Assembly: GCF_004010195.1 (NCBI RefSeq)
Contig: NC_057718.1
Location: forward strand, 90,687,353 to 90,751,352
Length of the DNA: 64,000 nucleotides
Direction: 5' to 3'
DNA from: Chiloscyllium plagiosum
Lineage: Eukaryota
The notes beneath the pieces are model-generated. The model worked only from the letters and a program-made list of their open reading frames with translations, was not told where the DNA came from and searched no databases. Made by a program: the position numbers and the translations under genes. Below are positions 1-12,120 of this stretch, in pieces (position 1 is the stretch's first letter; every line of letters starts with the position of its first letter).

Positions 1-145
1 GGGTGTGAGTGTAGTTGTGTATGAGGAGCTGTTGGAGAGGTTGTGGCAGTTAGTTGTGTATGAGGGGCTGTTGGAGAGGGTGTGAGGGTAGTTGTGTCTG
101 AGGGGCTGTTTGAGGGGTGGTTGGGGATGGTTGTGTCTGAGAGAC
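1..145. repeat. Degenerate G/T-rich minisatellite, ~38-39 bp unit, ~3.5 copies, probably cut by the window start
   Basis: Recurring gtagttgtgt(a/c)tgagg(a/g)gctgtt(g/t)gag. Confidence 0.75.
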
Positions 146-1639
146 AGTAAGGGTGGTTGGTGATCATGAGGTGAATTGGGTTGGCATGGATGGACCATGT
201 GGAGTCTGTTGGTCGGCTGAGTGCGTATTTGGCATCAGCGGTGGTTGGGTTTGGGCTGTGGAGGGTTTGTAACCTTTATTTTTTTTCTCTATCATAGAAC
301 ATCGAGTCAATCTGTTGCCCAACTCTCCTCAGCACCTAATGCCCTCGAAAGTGTTTATTATAGGATTGCAGACACAAAGGAAGAATTCAATTGTGTGACA
401 TTTCTTACAATGGGAGACTATTGTTCAGTGATAAAGCCAAATTAAATTCAATTATTTGTAAATTTTCATATCAATTTCAATCATTCTGAGGTCTCCTTCC
501 CTTCTCCCAAACTTGTGCCATTATTGATATTTTGCAATTTTTCATTCATTCTTTGCAATGGTGCGACGTACACACAGGTTTGGTTGTAAAGTGATTTGAA
601 AATTTGCTGCGCGTGCAAACTTCAGAGCTCTGGAATTCTCTGCACATCAATAAACCATCAAGCTCCCCTTCCTCCAACACAAAACTCCTACAGCATCAAC
701 AAACGCATCAAATTTAGTGAGGTTTTGGCTGAGTTTATCTGAAGGTGCAGCAGAATATTATGATGAATTAGCAATGTCATGGCTGAGGAGTTCAATTTGT
801 TGTACTGTAATGTTTACTGTAGTGTGCGATTAATCAAACCCCTCTCCCTTTCGAGCACCTCTCTGCCCTGATTGAGATCTAAGTGCTCACCTCAGTGACG
901 GATGTCAATTGTTGTGAAATGAAAAGCTTTCCAGTTTGAGTGTCCCGGGATCAAGCATGATGCAAAAACGTCACAGAAAAACTCCTGCTCTACCTCAGAA
1001 ACACAGTCCGTGGCACTAATTTTACCCTTTCCAAGATAGGAGATGGTGGTGCCAATGGGCACGGGGAATGCAGTTTGGGTTAAGCCTGATGTTTTGTTAT
1101 CTCCATCCATTCCCATTATGCGCTTGTCCGGATTTATGTGGAGTTAGGTTTTAGATGACCAAGTCTGTTTTGTTATTGCACAAATTCAAAGACCAGGCAG
1201 GCAATGTGCCTTTAAGATGCTGTGTCATGTCATGTTCCAGTACCCACCTTGCCTTTAGCCACCCTCTCTGCACTATTGAGTCAGTGCAGTGTGTTCAGTC
1301 AGTTCAGTCAAAATTTGATACAGAGCCCAGAGTAAGTCTGTAATATTGTAGCAATGTTAATAAACTTATAGACATCTATCTTAACAAGAATCTGATCTTC
1401 GTGGTTTATGTCTCATGACCTAACATATAAGCCAACATTCAACCCATCTTGTGTCTGTGGTGTCTGTCTTAAGAAACCATGTCACGGGGTTTTCATATTG
1501 GGGGCTTGATATTCCGATATGTTTCTCTGTTCCTTTCACATCTGCTAGCTATCAAATTATTATCACCACTTGGTTATTGCTGCATCATGGCGTTAATAAT
1601 TGGAGCCAGTTCCAGCGTTTTGTCGATCATAATCAGAGA

Positions 1640-2130
1640 ATGGTTGCAATAAAGGAGAAAGCTTTTCAACCCATCGTATCCCTGCCAGCTCTCTGCAACT
1701 TCAACTCACCTGGTCCCCGCTTGGCCGCCTTTCCTCCATTGTCCTGCAAATTTATTCTTTTCAGAATCTGAGTGAAACTGAATCTCTTTTGAGATTTATG
1801 TTCGGACTTGCTTCTACTTCATTCTCAGGTAGAGCATTCTACATGCTAACCATTTGTTGTGTGAAACTAGGTTTTCCTCAGTCACCATTGCTTCCTTTGA
1901 CAGGTGCCTCAAATTGACTTTCTTGATCCTTCCACCAATGAGAATGGTTCCTCCCTGCCTATCGAGTCCACACCCTTCAAGAGTTTGAACACCTCAATCA
2001 AATCTGCTGTCAAGTTTCTCGTCAATGACAACGGTCCTGACTTCTCCAGCGAATAGGCTTCCTTGTTTCTGGAATCATTCTTGTAAATCTTTTCCATGTC
2101 CTCTCTAATGATTTTGCACCCTATAGTCTG
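1640..2130 (-). mobile_element. Degraded CR1-group LINE 3' fragment
   Basis: ORF 1909-2256(-) contains ADLIEVFKLLKGVDSIGREEPFSL, the CR1 ORF2 C-terminal motif (RGDLIEVYKI). Confidence 0.7.
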
Positions 2131-2344
2131 TTTGATGCGATACTGTCTTGGGCAGCGTTGATTATAATCAGTTTGCCTGGACTGAGCTTGAATTTGGTTC
2201 CCGTGACCAGTCTGATACAGGAACCTCCTGCTCCAAACTGAACCTAATACTTTCACAGAGGCAGGGTTACTGTAAATATTGCAGCAATTTAAGAAAATTG
2301 GGCACTGCCAACTTCTAAGAGCAAAAAGCTAGGCAGTCAAGTAT

Positions 2345-2610
2345 TGGTGGCTCAGTGTTGGCACTGCTGTCTCACAGCACCAAGCACCCAGGTTCAATTC
2401 CACCCTTGGGCAACTGTCTGTGTGGAGCTTGCATGTACCCTTTGTGTCTGTGCGGGTTTCCTCCAGTTCCTTCCACAATCCAAAGATGTGCAGGTTAGGA
2501 TGGATTAGCCATGGGAAATGCAGGGTGAGTCTGGGTGGGATGCTCTTTAGAGAGTCAGTGTGGACTCAATGGGCTGAATGGCCTGCTTCCACACTGTTGG
2601 GATTCTATGT
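2345..2610 (+). mobile_element. HE1-type tRNA-derived SINE
   Basis: ggtggctcagtg head, ggttcaattcc B-box, ctgtgtggag body, ccacactgttgggattctatg tail. Confidence 0.85.
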
Positions 2611-3059
2611 CCTGAGAACAAATTTTAACAATTGTCTGTTCTCGTGCAGTCAGGATGTATGGTTGGTATTTGTTTAAAATTAACGGAAATGTGCTAGTGG
2701 TCAGCCTTGCCAGTTGGCACAATATTAAATAGCTCTTAGATGTATGAGGAAGTTGATGAATGTGCGATATAAGCATCCATTATCATCTTCATCTTGGGTT
2801 GGAGAACCATTAGGTTTCCCGAAGATGCAAACAGCTCCATGGTAGTGACCTCTGTATTCCTACACATATTAATGATGGTGTTGGATTCTGAGCAGTAGCT
2901 GGCAATTGAAATGATTAACAGATAGTAAACAGTCAACCTTGCCAAAAAGAAGCTAATTGCGGGCAAAATTGTGCCTTGCAGCTTCTTGGCTGATGGGATC
3001 TAGATGGAAGGCTATTTAACTTAAAAATCTTATCGTTAACATCCCATCTTATGAAGAGA

Positions 3060-3235
3060 GTTAAAAGTCACACAACACCAGGTTATAGTCCAACAGGTTT
3101 AATTGGCAGCACCAGCTTTTGGAGCACTGCTCCTTCATCAGGTAGTAGGCTAGTGCTTCCAAATAAACCTGTTGGACTAAACCTGGTGTTGTGTGATTTT
3201 TAACTTTGACCACCCCAGTCCAACACTGGCTCCCC
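3060..3235. mobile_element. Short fold-back Penelope-like (PLE) derived insertion with hammerhead-like core
   Basis: Arm aaaagtcacacaacaccaggttatagtccaacaggttt pairs with aaacctgttggactaaacctggtgttgtgtgattttt; 17-bp TSD cccatctt(a/g)tgaagaga at 3043-3059 and 3236-3252; minus strand reads ctgatga-a-ggagc-agt-gctcc-aaaa. Confidence 0.75.
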
Positions 3236-3911
3236 CCCATCTTGTGAAGAGATATTTTAACCCACTGCAACACCCAATGTGTATTGTCTTTTCAATTTAA
3301 CGAATTCTGTCCTAACAAGACTGCTTGAAAATTGAACACTTGAAGAATCAAGAATTGGAATTTGCTGTTGCTGCATGACTTCAATGAGGAGTTCCGAATG
3401 GTGAAAGCTGGAGATACAAATGGACGTGACTCTGCCCCAGTCAGAGAGCGTGTGCCTCTGAAGAACTCTACTCAGATTTACTGTTGATTATTGCAAGTAC
3501 AATTTCTGCAGGAGTCTTCTTCCTTAATCAACTCTTGTCCTGCTGGAGCGCTCACTTAATCAAACATCAATATTCAATAAAAGCCTGACAATGTCTTACC
3601 CTCTAATCCTTGCATGCTTTTTTGAGAGTCAATTAAAAGGAACCTTTGTAAGACCTTCTGTGGCAATTTTGAGTTGAAATAAAGAATGAGAGGTGGGTTC
3701 TGTCCTTGATTGTACTTTGTTTAGTTGGACTGTGACCTGGTTTGTGCAAAGCCTTCGGAAATGAACTAACGTTCATCCCCAGCTTTGCATTATTGACATA
3801 AAATGTTAGAAAGATGTGATGTGACTGTCCTGGAATGTGAAAGATAGGAAATTAAACTCAGTGCCCAGTAAAATGTTGATTTGCAGCAGTGTTTATCCTC
3901 CCTTTTATTTC

Positions 3912-4135
3912 ACAGAATCCCTACAGTGTGGAAGCAGGCCATTCAGCCTACACAGACCATCCAGACCCACCCCATATTTCCCTTGGCCAATCCACTCTAT
4001 CTGCACACCTTTGGACTGTGGGAGGAAACCCATGCAGACACAGGGAGAACGTGCAAACTCCACCAGAGAGTGGAATTGAACCTGGGTCCCTAGCATTATG
4101 AGGCAGCAGTGCTAACCATTGAGCCACTGTGCAGC
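3912..4135 (-). mobile_element. HE1-type SINE
   Basis: Reverse complement of HE1 head, body and tail (agaatccctacagtgtgg ... gcagtgctaaccattgagccac). Confidence 0.88.
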
Positions 4136-4189
4136 CCATTTAATTCACTGGTGCTGGTGGTCTTGTTAAGTCACATGACATAATTTCAC

Positions 4190-4465
4190 AGCAGACAGTT
4201 AGAAGCTCAGTGCTTAAGGTAGGTCTTAAGGAGCACCTTAACGGAAAAGAGTATAAAGGCCGACAGCTGGGGAGGGTATTGCAGAGTCTGGCCAGGTGTT
4301 GGCGCAGGTGCCAATGACGGAGTCATTCAAAGTGGGTATGCACAAGAGATCGGAATTGGAAAAGCACAGATCTCTCAGGATGTTGTCCGTCTGGAGGAAG
4401 GTTTGGAACAAAGAAGTCTGAGGAGCATTGTGAAAACGAGGAGGACAATTTTAAATTACAGGCAG
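4190..4465 (-). mobile_element. Degraded L2-like LINE 3' fragment
   Basis: Resembles the L2 3' region also seen at 23330-23740 (gggagggtattgcagagt, ttttaaatt motifs). Confidence 0.45.
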
Positions 4466-4724
4466 TGATGTATTTATTGATGCCACCATATCAGAATGAG
4501 CGTTGTGATGCTCTGGAAGCTGGCAGGGCGGAGCTCCCACCAAACCAACCTTGAGACAGCTGGGTTTCTGTGGCCCTGCATAAACCTAGACAAGGAAGGT
4601 TCAGTCAGTAAGTTGGTGAGAAGAGTGTTGGAGAAACACATAAGAGAGCTAGGATTGTCCATGCTTCCCAGAGGAATTCCAATGTGCCTCTTCGCATGAA
4701 CATCTGCCTCTCCACCCCAACCCC

Positions 4725-5080
4725 ACCCCACATGTAAGTCCTGACCCAATGTGGAAGACTCTTAACTGCCCTCTGAAATGGCCTGACAAGCCATTTGAGG
4801 GAGACTAGACATGGGCAAGAACTGGGCAAGACGTTCCCTCTATACCAGGCAACATCTTTGTAAATCTCCTCTGAACCCTTTCTAAAGCTTCCACATCCTC
4901 CCTGTATTGCAGTGACCAGAACTGCATGCAATACTCCAAGTGCGGCCGCACCAGAGTTTTGAAATAATGTAGGTTAGATGGGCTTCAGCTTGGTTTCACA
5001 GGTCGGCATAACATCGAGGGCCAAAGGGCCTGTAATGTTCTATGTTTTACGCAATGCCCACGTTCCATGAAAGAAAGAGC
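4725..5080 (+). mobile_element. SINE family B 3' part, interrupted by a 5'-inverted CR1 fragment (about 4835-5048)
   Basis: gactcttaactgccctctgaaatggcct before the insertion and gcccacgttccatgaaagaa after it; the insertion is a minus-strand ORF2 piece plus a plus-strand tail ending tgtaatgttctatgtt. Confidence 0.65.
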
Positions 5081-5181
5081 TGTCTAGAATTTGGCTGCCG
5101 GAGAATGAGAAATTCAATACAGCCACTTCCTCTGGCCTTTTCAGAATCTCAATTGACTAATTGCTACTCAAGAGCAAGTAG

Positions 5182-5332
5182 ACAAACAGGAGGCTGGAAG
5201 AACACAGCAAGCCAGGCAGCCTCAGGAAGTTGTATCCAAAACGTTGACTACTCCAGCTCCTGAGCTGCCTGTTGTTCTTCCAGCCTCCTGTCTGTCCAGT
5301 TTGGATTCCAGCATCAGCATTTTTTTTTGTCT
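5182..5332. mobile_element. Short fold-back PLE-derived insertion
   Basis: caggaggctggaagaaca pairs with tgttcttccagcctcctg; 18-bp TSD ctact(c/t)aag(a/g)gcaagtag at 5164-5181 and 5333-5350; residual aaaacgttgac. Confidence 0.7.
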
Positions 5333-5529
5333 CTACTTAAGGGCAAGTAGCCATCTCCCAACCTGACACCTTACCAACCCCTCTCCTCCCCAATTAACGA
5401 TTCGTTTTATGAAATGGCACGGAGAGAGAGGAATAATCCAGCACTAATCTCAGAGGTCAGTTTTGTAGCCCTCCCGATTCCCATTCAACCTCCTCCACAG
5501 AGATAGTTGCTCTAGTCCTACTTCCTGAT

Positions 5530-5705
5530 TAGAGAGAGACAGCTCATGGTGGCTTAACCTGAGGGTCACCACATCTCAGGTGAAGCGAGAGGTTGAGCTG
5601 GAGAGTCCTTCATGGTAACCTCAACCAATGTGGGATTTGAACCCACTCTGTTGGTATCAAGCTGCGTCACAAACCAGCCATGCAGCCAACTGAGCTAACT
5701 AACCC
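5530..5705 (-). mobile_element. tRNA-headed SINE, family C
   Basis: Minus strand has agttagctcagttgg (A-box) and gggttcaaatccc (B-box), followed by a non-tRNA body. Confidence 0.6.
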
Positions 5706-5824
5706 CAGTGCAAATCATAAGCTGAAAAAGAAATCCTGCCCTGTGTACCTGCCTGAACGCTAAATGTGAGAAACTTTCCAGATCGCATTGAAAGCTTCCC
5801 AAATTATCAGAGAGCGAAGAAAAA

Positions 5825-6240
5825 GAGAACCTGCATTTGTGTAGAACCTTTCACAACCACAGAAAGTCTCAGTCACTCCACAGCCAGTGAAATACCTTGT
5901 GATGTGTAACTATTATTGTAATGTAAGGGAATGGTGTGTCCAGTATTTCTACACAAGAAGATCCTTACAATAAATGGCCACACATTGCTTGGTGGGTGAA
6001 TATTGCCCGGGGATCTTGAAGGACTGTCATGATCTTGAGAAGAACTAGATCTTTCAATCCCACCCAAGAGATGGTTAATCATCTCAAGTGAAAGGCAACA
6101 TCTCCATCTCCCCCCCCCCACCGCCACTGCTGCAGCATTAAGTCGACAGCTTAGACTTTGTTCTCAAATTTCCAGATCGAGGCTTGAACTCACAACTTAA
6201 GAGAACGAGGTGCTGCCCGCTGAGCCAGTGATGACACCAC
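5825..6240 (-). mobile_element. Old Deu-domain SINE (SacSINE1/AmnSINE-like)
   Basis: L2-type tail ctgcatttgtgtagaacctttcac and Deu-like motifs gaatattgcccgggga and catctcaagtgaaaggcaac; related copies near 41900 and 60085. Confidence 0.6.
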
Positions 6241-7169
6241 GGAAGCGTGACCAAGTCTGATCCAATTTGTCCATCTTTGCTTCAAATAAACATTCCAATT
6301 CTCAATGGTGTTGGCTGCCTCATTTGCAAAAGCAACCACCCCTCCCTCCCGCCACTCCGTGGCCATCACTCATCATTAGAGACTGGACAGTTGCAGGTTC
6401 CAAATGTTTGGGATGTGTAGAGTCAGTTGGAATCAAATGGAGTCACCATTGATGAGAAACGATTGCATTGTTCCAAATCACCTCAATGGCTCTGCAGTGA
6501 CCCCTGCTGGAGAATGTTTGCATGTGGATGCCCAGGGAGAGCACTTGGCTGGACCAAACGCACTTGCCTGAAGTTAAGGAAGGTCAAGGTTTACTAAAGC
6601 AAGTGACTGTCTGCATCACTTCAGGAAATGATGGGAGGAAGTTAGGACTCAAACGGGAACTACCATCTGCGCTGACATTATTCTTGGATGTGTGAGATGA
6701 TATAGTCCCTATTAGGAACCTAACTCTTTCTTGCATTTTAACTATCGAGGACACTGAACTGTACCATCCCGGGATTACAAGTTGACCTCAGCCAGAGCAG
6801 TGCTGCTGAGTCAGACTGATTTCCCATCATCCCTCACCATACCATGACTCTCAGAGGGCGAGTGCCATCTGTGGAGGTAAACTGATAAGATATTATGTGG
6901 CCTTTTTATTCTTTCTATGTCAATGTTTGAATGACCACTACATGAAATCACAGAGGAGATAGCACAGAAGCAGGCCATTCAGCCCAGCAGCTCCAGACTG
7001 GTGTTTATGCTCCATACGGACCTCCTGCCACACCTTCATCTCTTCCTACCGGCAAATCCTTTTCCCCTTGTGTTTATCCAGCTTCCCGTTTAATTGCTCC
7101 AGACTACTCACCTCACTAAGTTGTGGTAGTGACTCCCACATTCTAACCACTGTCCAAGTTAAGACATAA

Positions 7170-7440
7170 TCCCACCATGACAGATGGTAAAATTTGAAAT
7201 TAATAAAACACCTGAGTTGGAAATCTAATGGCTACCAAGAAACAAGATTGTTGGAAAAATCTGGTGGTTCACTAATGTCCTTTAGGGATGGAAACAGCCA
7301 TCCTTACCTGGTTTGGGTCTATATGCGACACCAGACCCACACCAACGTGGTTGACTCCTAACAGTCCTCTGGGTACTTAGCAATGGGCAATAAATGCTGG
7401 CCCGGCCAACACCGTCCTTATCCCGTGAGCAATTAAATAA
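7170..7440 (+). mobile_element. SINE family B
   Basis: ggttcactaatgtcctttagggatggaa, ccttacctgg, gtggttgactc, gggcaataaatgctgg. Confidence 0.8.
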
Positions 7441-7719
7441 TTATTCCAACAATTTGCAACTTAAAGCCCCTGCAACACCCAATAGGGGAGCCTGTTTGAA
7501 GTCATCACTGAGTTGGAATGGTCCTGTTGAGCTTGGGTGGTATCTCATGTGTGAATCATGACCTTTTCTCCCAGTGACAGAATTTCGGAATTGGGGACGA
7601 GATATCTGCACACTATTTGTAAAGCTCCACCAACTCTTCCTGACTTTGTGAAGGTCTAGCCCCCAGACACAAAGGTTTATATTCTGTGGAGAGATTGAAC
7701 GACAATGGGGTTGTCCCAC

Positions 7720-8100
7720 TTTGGAATTTAGAGCTTAATGAGGTGAATTGAGGAATGTTCCCAAAGTGTTAAGATGGACAACCATGGGGTTTGATTGGGA
7801 GAGACCGTGTCTCATTTTGGATAGTTGTGTGTTTTTTTTAAAAAAACAGATCTTTGAGGAGTGAAATTAGAAAATACTTCTTCAGCCAACGGATAGAAGT
7901 TTAAAATTCTCTTGCACAAATGGTAATTGGTGCTGGATCAGTTGTTAATTTTAAAACTGAAGTTTGTAGAGTTTTGTAATTCATAGCATATTAGGGAACA
8001 TGGGGCAAAGGCTCAGTGTCAGGTTACAGATGGTGGTTTACTGACTTGTCAGGAAAAACTGAAAGCAGTGGATGGTCTCCTCTTGTTCAAGTGTTCCTAC
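7720..8100 (+). mobile_element. Highly degraded CR1 3' fragment
   Basis: Remnants atgaggtgaattg, gaggagtgaaattagaaaatacttcttcagccaa and a CR1-like tail. Confidence 0.5.
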
Positions 8101-8216
8101 ATCCCAGCTAGATTTGAGCACTGCAATCTTGACTTGTAAAGAGGGTTGAGTAGTCACCTCTTCCTCTGGCTCCAACCGTGACACAATGTAATGTCTCCTA
8201 AAAAGTGCTGGACGAT

Positions 8217-8375
8217 CAGATCCAGTCTATAATGCATTCTTGTGCAACCCCCACGTGATAGAAAAATCACGCTTGAGAAACAGCGCTTAAAGTTATAGCC
8301 AGCACACCTTTTAGAAGTTCACACTTTAGAAACAGCGTCCCCAATTCGTCATTCGCGTTATAACAGGATGACCTG
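8217..8375. mobile_element. Probable Tc1/mariner-pogo (Tigger-like) MITE
   Basis: Imperfect TIRs cagatccagtctataatgc and gcgttataacaggatgacctg, with TA directly after the right end; internal repeat agaaacagcg. Confidence 0.45.
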
Positions 8376-9199
8376 TATTTGAAATGGATTTGGCATATCA
8401 AAGTTATAATGGCACATCTGAAAATCCTAATGTTGGTTTCCGGCCCTTTTGTGGATATTTTGCTGAAATTCCGTTCCTATAAAATAGTAACATTTCATCG
8501 CAAGTCTTAAAATGTCTCCAGTTGGATGGTGACTTTGGGGCATTGTATTGTCAAATCATAACTTGGTCAAGAGATGGTGATGAATCAATGCTCATTGTTT
8601 GGCATATCTATGTGCATTAAGCAAATACAAATCACACGAATGAAAAATTACCGTGTATCTTCCAAAACTGATTTTGTGTTTTCTTTCATTAAAAAACCTT
8701 CTGGCGATGTTCAAATAATTTACAGGCGTGTGAAAATGATTTTCAGAGGAAGGCTGTGCGGTGGTCTTGTAAGATTATGTCATATCAGTGCCTGGAGTTC
8801 AGCTTATTCACACAAATAATTGGGTAATAAATCATGCAGGCAGACTCTCACAAACTGCCCTGACTCCATACCCCTTCTGAGGTTCCCTGGGTGAGCTTTC
8901 ACCATTAAATTGCAAACGCTAATTTATAATGCAAGCTCTCCAGGTCTCGATCAGATTGTGCTTCTATACAGAAAGATAATAGGTCAGTCCCCCTGGGCCA
9001 GTGGGGAGAAACAATAGGACTGAACACACATTCTTTCCCTTAATGTTAACCTCCTACTACCCATGCATGTGTCCCATTGCCGGGTGAGGATCAGCCTGGT
9101 TGTAACATGTTCATGGTCAGACATAACGTTGATGTTCCTTGTCCAGTCTCTCACATACAGGTGTATGTGTGACACCAAGTCTGACTTTCACTTCTGTCT

Positions 9200-9526
9200 T
9201 ATGGAATCCCTATGGTGAGGAAAGAGGCCATTTGGCCCGTTCGAATCTGTGCCAACTCTCCCAGGAGCATCCCACCCGACATAACACCCTAGCCACTCAT
9301 TTTCCAACATTCACTCACCTAACCTGTGCGCAATGGGGCAATTTGGTCTGTTCATAACGGGCCAATCCATCAAACTGACTGTGGGTATAAACTGCTGCAC
9401 CCAGTGGAAACTCTCGCAGACATGGGGAGAATGTGCAAACTCCACACAGTCACCCAAAGTTGGAATTGAACCTGAGTCCCTGGTGCTGTAAGGCAGCAAT
9501 ACTAACCACTGAGCCACCATGCCATC
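9200..9526 (-). mobile_element. HE1-type SINE
   Basis: ggggagaatgtgcaaactccacacag ... ctaaccactgagccaccatgcc. Confidence 0.85.
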
Positions 9527-10049
9527 CTTGAACTGAGAGAAGCTGATTGAAGAGTTTTGATGTCTTTCTCTGTATTTCATGTCTAAACACTAAATTCTCT
9601 TAGCCAATTAATATTGTAACTACAGTACGGCATCTGGCCATAAATCCAGCTGATATTTTGGCAGCTCTATTCCCTGTAAGTAAAATGACTTTAATTCCCA
9701 CCAAAAGGATTGTCCAAACTGTGAAGAAAATCTTCCTCTGAGTTGAAAGCTTGACGTTGTACCTGAGAGTAACCACTGTAGCAACCGCACATTTGGTTAA
9801 TCTGCCCCAGAGCTAACTCTGATTTTTAATAAGCGTAAATACAATGCAGTATTTGAATGCAACCATGACCTTGGTGGGGGTTGAGGGGTCACGAGCCAGG
9901 ATTGCTATGGACTGACGCAAGTTCAAGAGTAGATCCAAACTGGAATTATGGGTAAAGTTTTAGTTCTGGGATCTCAATCCTGATTCTAGTTCAGGAAGCT
10001 GGAAGTCATCTCAGTGGGACGCAAAAGATTTCTGAGGAGATGACCTATC

Positions 10050-10270
10050 GTGATGGGAGCCAGGTTGACCCCATTGGCTATGGGATTGTTGATTGGCCCA
10101 GGTTAACAACCCAATCTGGAAAGCCCTGGCTGACCAATAGAACCAGGAGATTAGAATCTCCTCAGTTCAGGCCACTGACTCTGAGCTGGCTGGCCACAGC
10201 CAGTGTACAGTGCACAAGTAAATAAAGGGTGACTTGGCGACAGGACACCAGTCTCTGTGCCGTTTCTTCA
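10050..10270 (+). mobile_element. Probable solo-LTR fragment, same family as 48315-48521
   Basis: Shared ccaatc-agccctggctgac-gtgacttgg(c/t)gacagga motifs; aataaa and terminal ttca. Confidence 0.45.
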
Positions 10271-10594
10271 TGACCCATCAGCAGGCCACAACCATCTGCC
10301 CCCACCCACCCCTCAAAATGAGCCAGGGGAGGGCCAGTTGGAGGCGTGGGGGACAAAAATCTGGTGGACAGCCTCACCAGAAGTGGTTGGCAGTGCCACT
10401 GTTGCCGGGAGACTAAGAGGTCACCTGATGATGGAGACACTCTCTGACAACCTGTTGCCATCACAACATCTGCACTTCCTGAAGACCACTCCTTGGCACA
10501 GAGTAGTCTTTCCATGACTCCCCAGCCTAATAAAAGCCTCCTTTTTTTGGCTACTTAAGGGCATCAATTGGAAGCTGGGTGGGAAGGTCAACCA

Positions 10595-11517
10595 TGCCCA
10601 GAGCCTCTAAGTCTGGTAGATGGCAAGGTTAGGTACTGCCTGATTAAATAGTCCTCCCCAGTTCACCGCCAACGAGAGCAGGAGCTTCATCCCTGCTGTG
10701 GGCCTTCACTTACCAATGGAATTCCTGCTAGAATATGCTGCCCTGCTTTCCATAGGATGCCAGGTCCAGTTGAATGGGCATCAGCAGCCAAATGGTTCTT
10801 ACTGGCTCAGTCTGGATGGTTAGTATTGTTAACCTCTTCAATTAGAGTTGGCATCATTTTAGCTTCTAAAGTACTCATAGAATCCCTACAGTGTGGAAAC
10901 AGGCCATTTGGCCCAACAAGTCCACACCGACACTCCAAAGAGTAACCCACCCAGGCCCATTCCCCTATCACTTGACATTTACGCCTGCCTAATGCACTTA
11001 ACTTGCACATCCCTGAACAATATGGGCAATTGAGCACAGCCAATTCACCTGATCTGCACATCTTTGGATTGTGGGAGGAAACCCACGCAGACATGGAGAG
11101 AATGTGCAAACTCCACACAGACAGTTGCCCGAGGTTGGAATCAAACCTGGGACCCTGGTGCTGGGAGGCAGCAGTGCTAACCACTGAGCCATCATGCCTG
11201 TTTCTGCATTGCAGGGATTCTATGAGTACATTGGGAACTGAAGTGATGACAGCCCTATTGGAAGAGGTTGTCAATGACAAACATCCATCTGCAGCAGTAA
11301 GAACAGCCACTTGGCTGCTGATGCCCATTCACCTGGACCTGGCACCTTCTGGAAAGCAGGGTAGCGTGTTCGAGCAGGAATTCCATTGATAAATGAAGGC
11401 CACAGTAGGGAATGATCTCTTGCTCTCATTGATGGTGAACTTGGGGAGTGGGGGAAGGGGCTGTTTAATCAGGCAGTACCTGACCCTGCCATCTCCACCA
11501 GAATTAGGCTCTGGGCA
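10595..11517. repeat. Inverted duplication (arms about 10595-10904 and 11196-11517) around an HE1 SINE
   Basis: aggtactgcctgattaaa vs tttaatcaggcagtacct; aatggaattcctgct vs agcaggaattccatt; gaatgggcatcagcagccaa vs ttggctgctgatgcccattc. Confidence 0.92.
10875..11197 (-). mobile_element. HE1-type SINE
   Basis: Full tail-to-head reverse complement of HE1. Confidence 0.9.
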
Positions 11518-11849
11518 CAAGGCCAATGGGTTAAGGTTCTTGGATAACAACCAGGAGAGAAATCTTGACTGATTAGCTCCCCCTCCTCACTATCCCAGAG
11601 GTATTGAGGCACATTGAGTGCAGAATGCTTGTTGGAATATGTTCTTGTTGTACCCCGAATTCTATCTCAGCACAATTTGGAACCCTCTCGAGTCGAGATC
11701 CACACCCGACTGCAAGAGGCCTGTTGTGGACAAAAATAACCCAGCCTCTGCGTGACTTTTGGTCGACATTTGAGAAATGAGAGTTGAGTAACATGTTGCT
11801 TTACAAGACATTCCAATTGTTTTCATTGCCTCTTGGATTAGATTCCCAG

Positions 11850-12120
11850 CAGTGTGGAAATAGACCCTCTGGCTCAACCAGTCCACACCAACCCTCCAAA
11901 GAGTAACCCACCCAGACCCATTTCCCTCTGACTAATGCACCTAACACTACGGGCAATTTAGCATGGCCAATTCACCTGACCTACACATCTTTGGACTGTG
12001 GGAGGAAACCCACGCAGACACAGGGAGAATGTGCAAACTCTACACAGACAGGCACCCGAGGCTGGAATCGAACCAGAGACCCTGGTGTTGTGAGATAGCA
12101 CTGCTAACCACTGAGCCAAT
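11850..12120 (-). mobile_element. HE1-type SINE
   Basis: gtgggaggaaacccacgcagacacagggagaatgtgcaaactc. Confidence 0.9.

Noticed and set aside
3060..3235. DNA-transposon MITE or miRNA hairpin reading of the fold-back elements
   Set aside because: Arms are asymmetric, TSD lengths vary (9-18 bp) across the set, and related termini are attached to a Penelope GIY-YIG fragment in this window.
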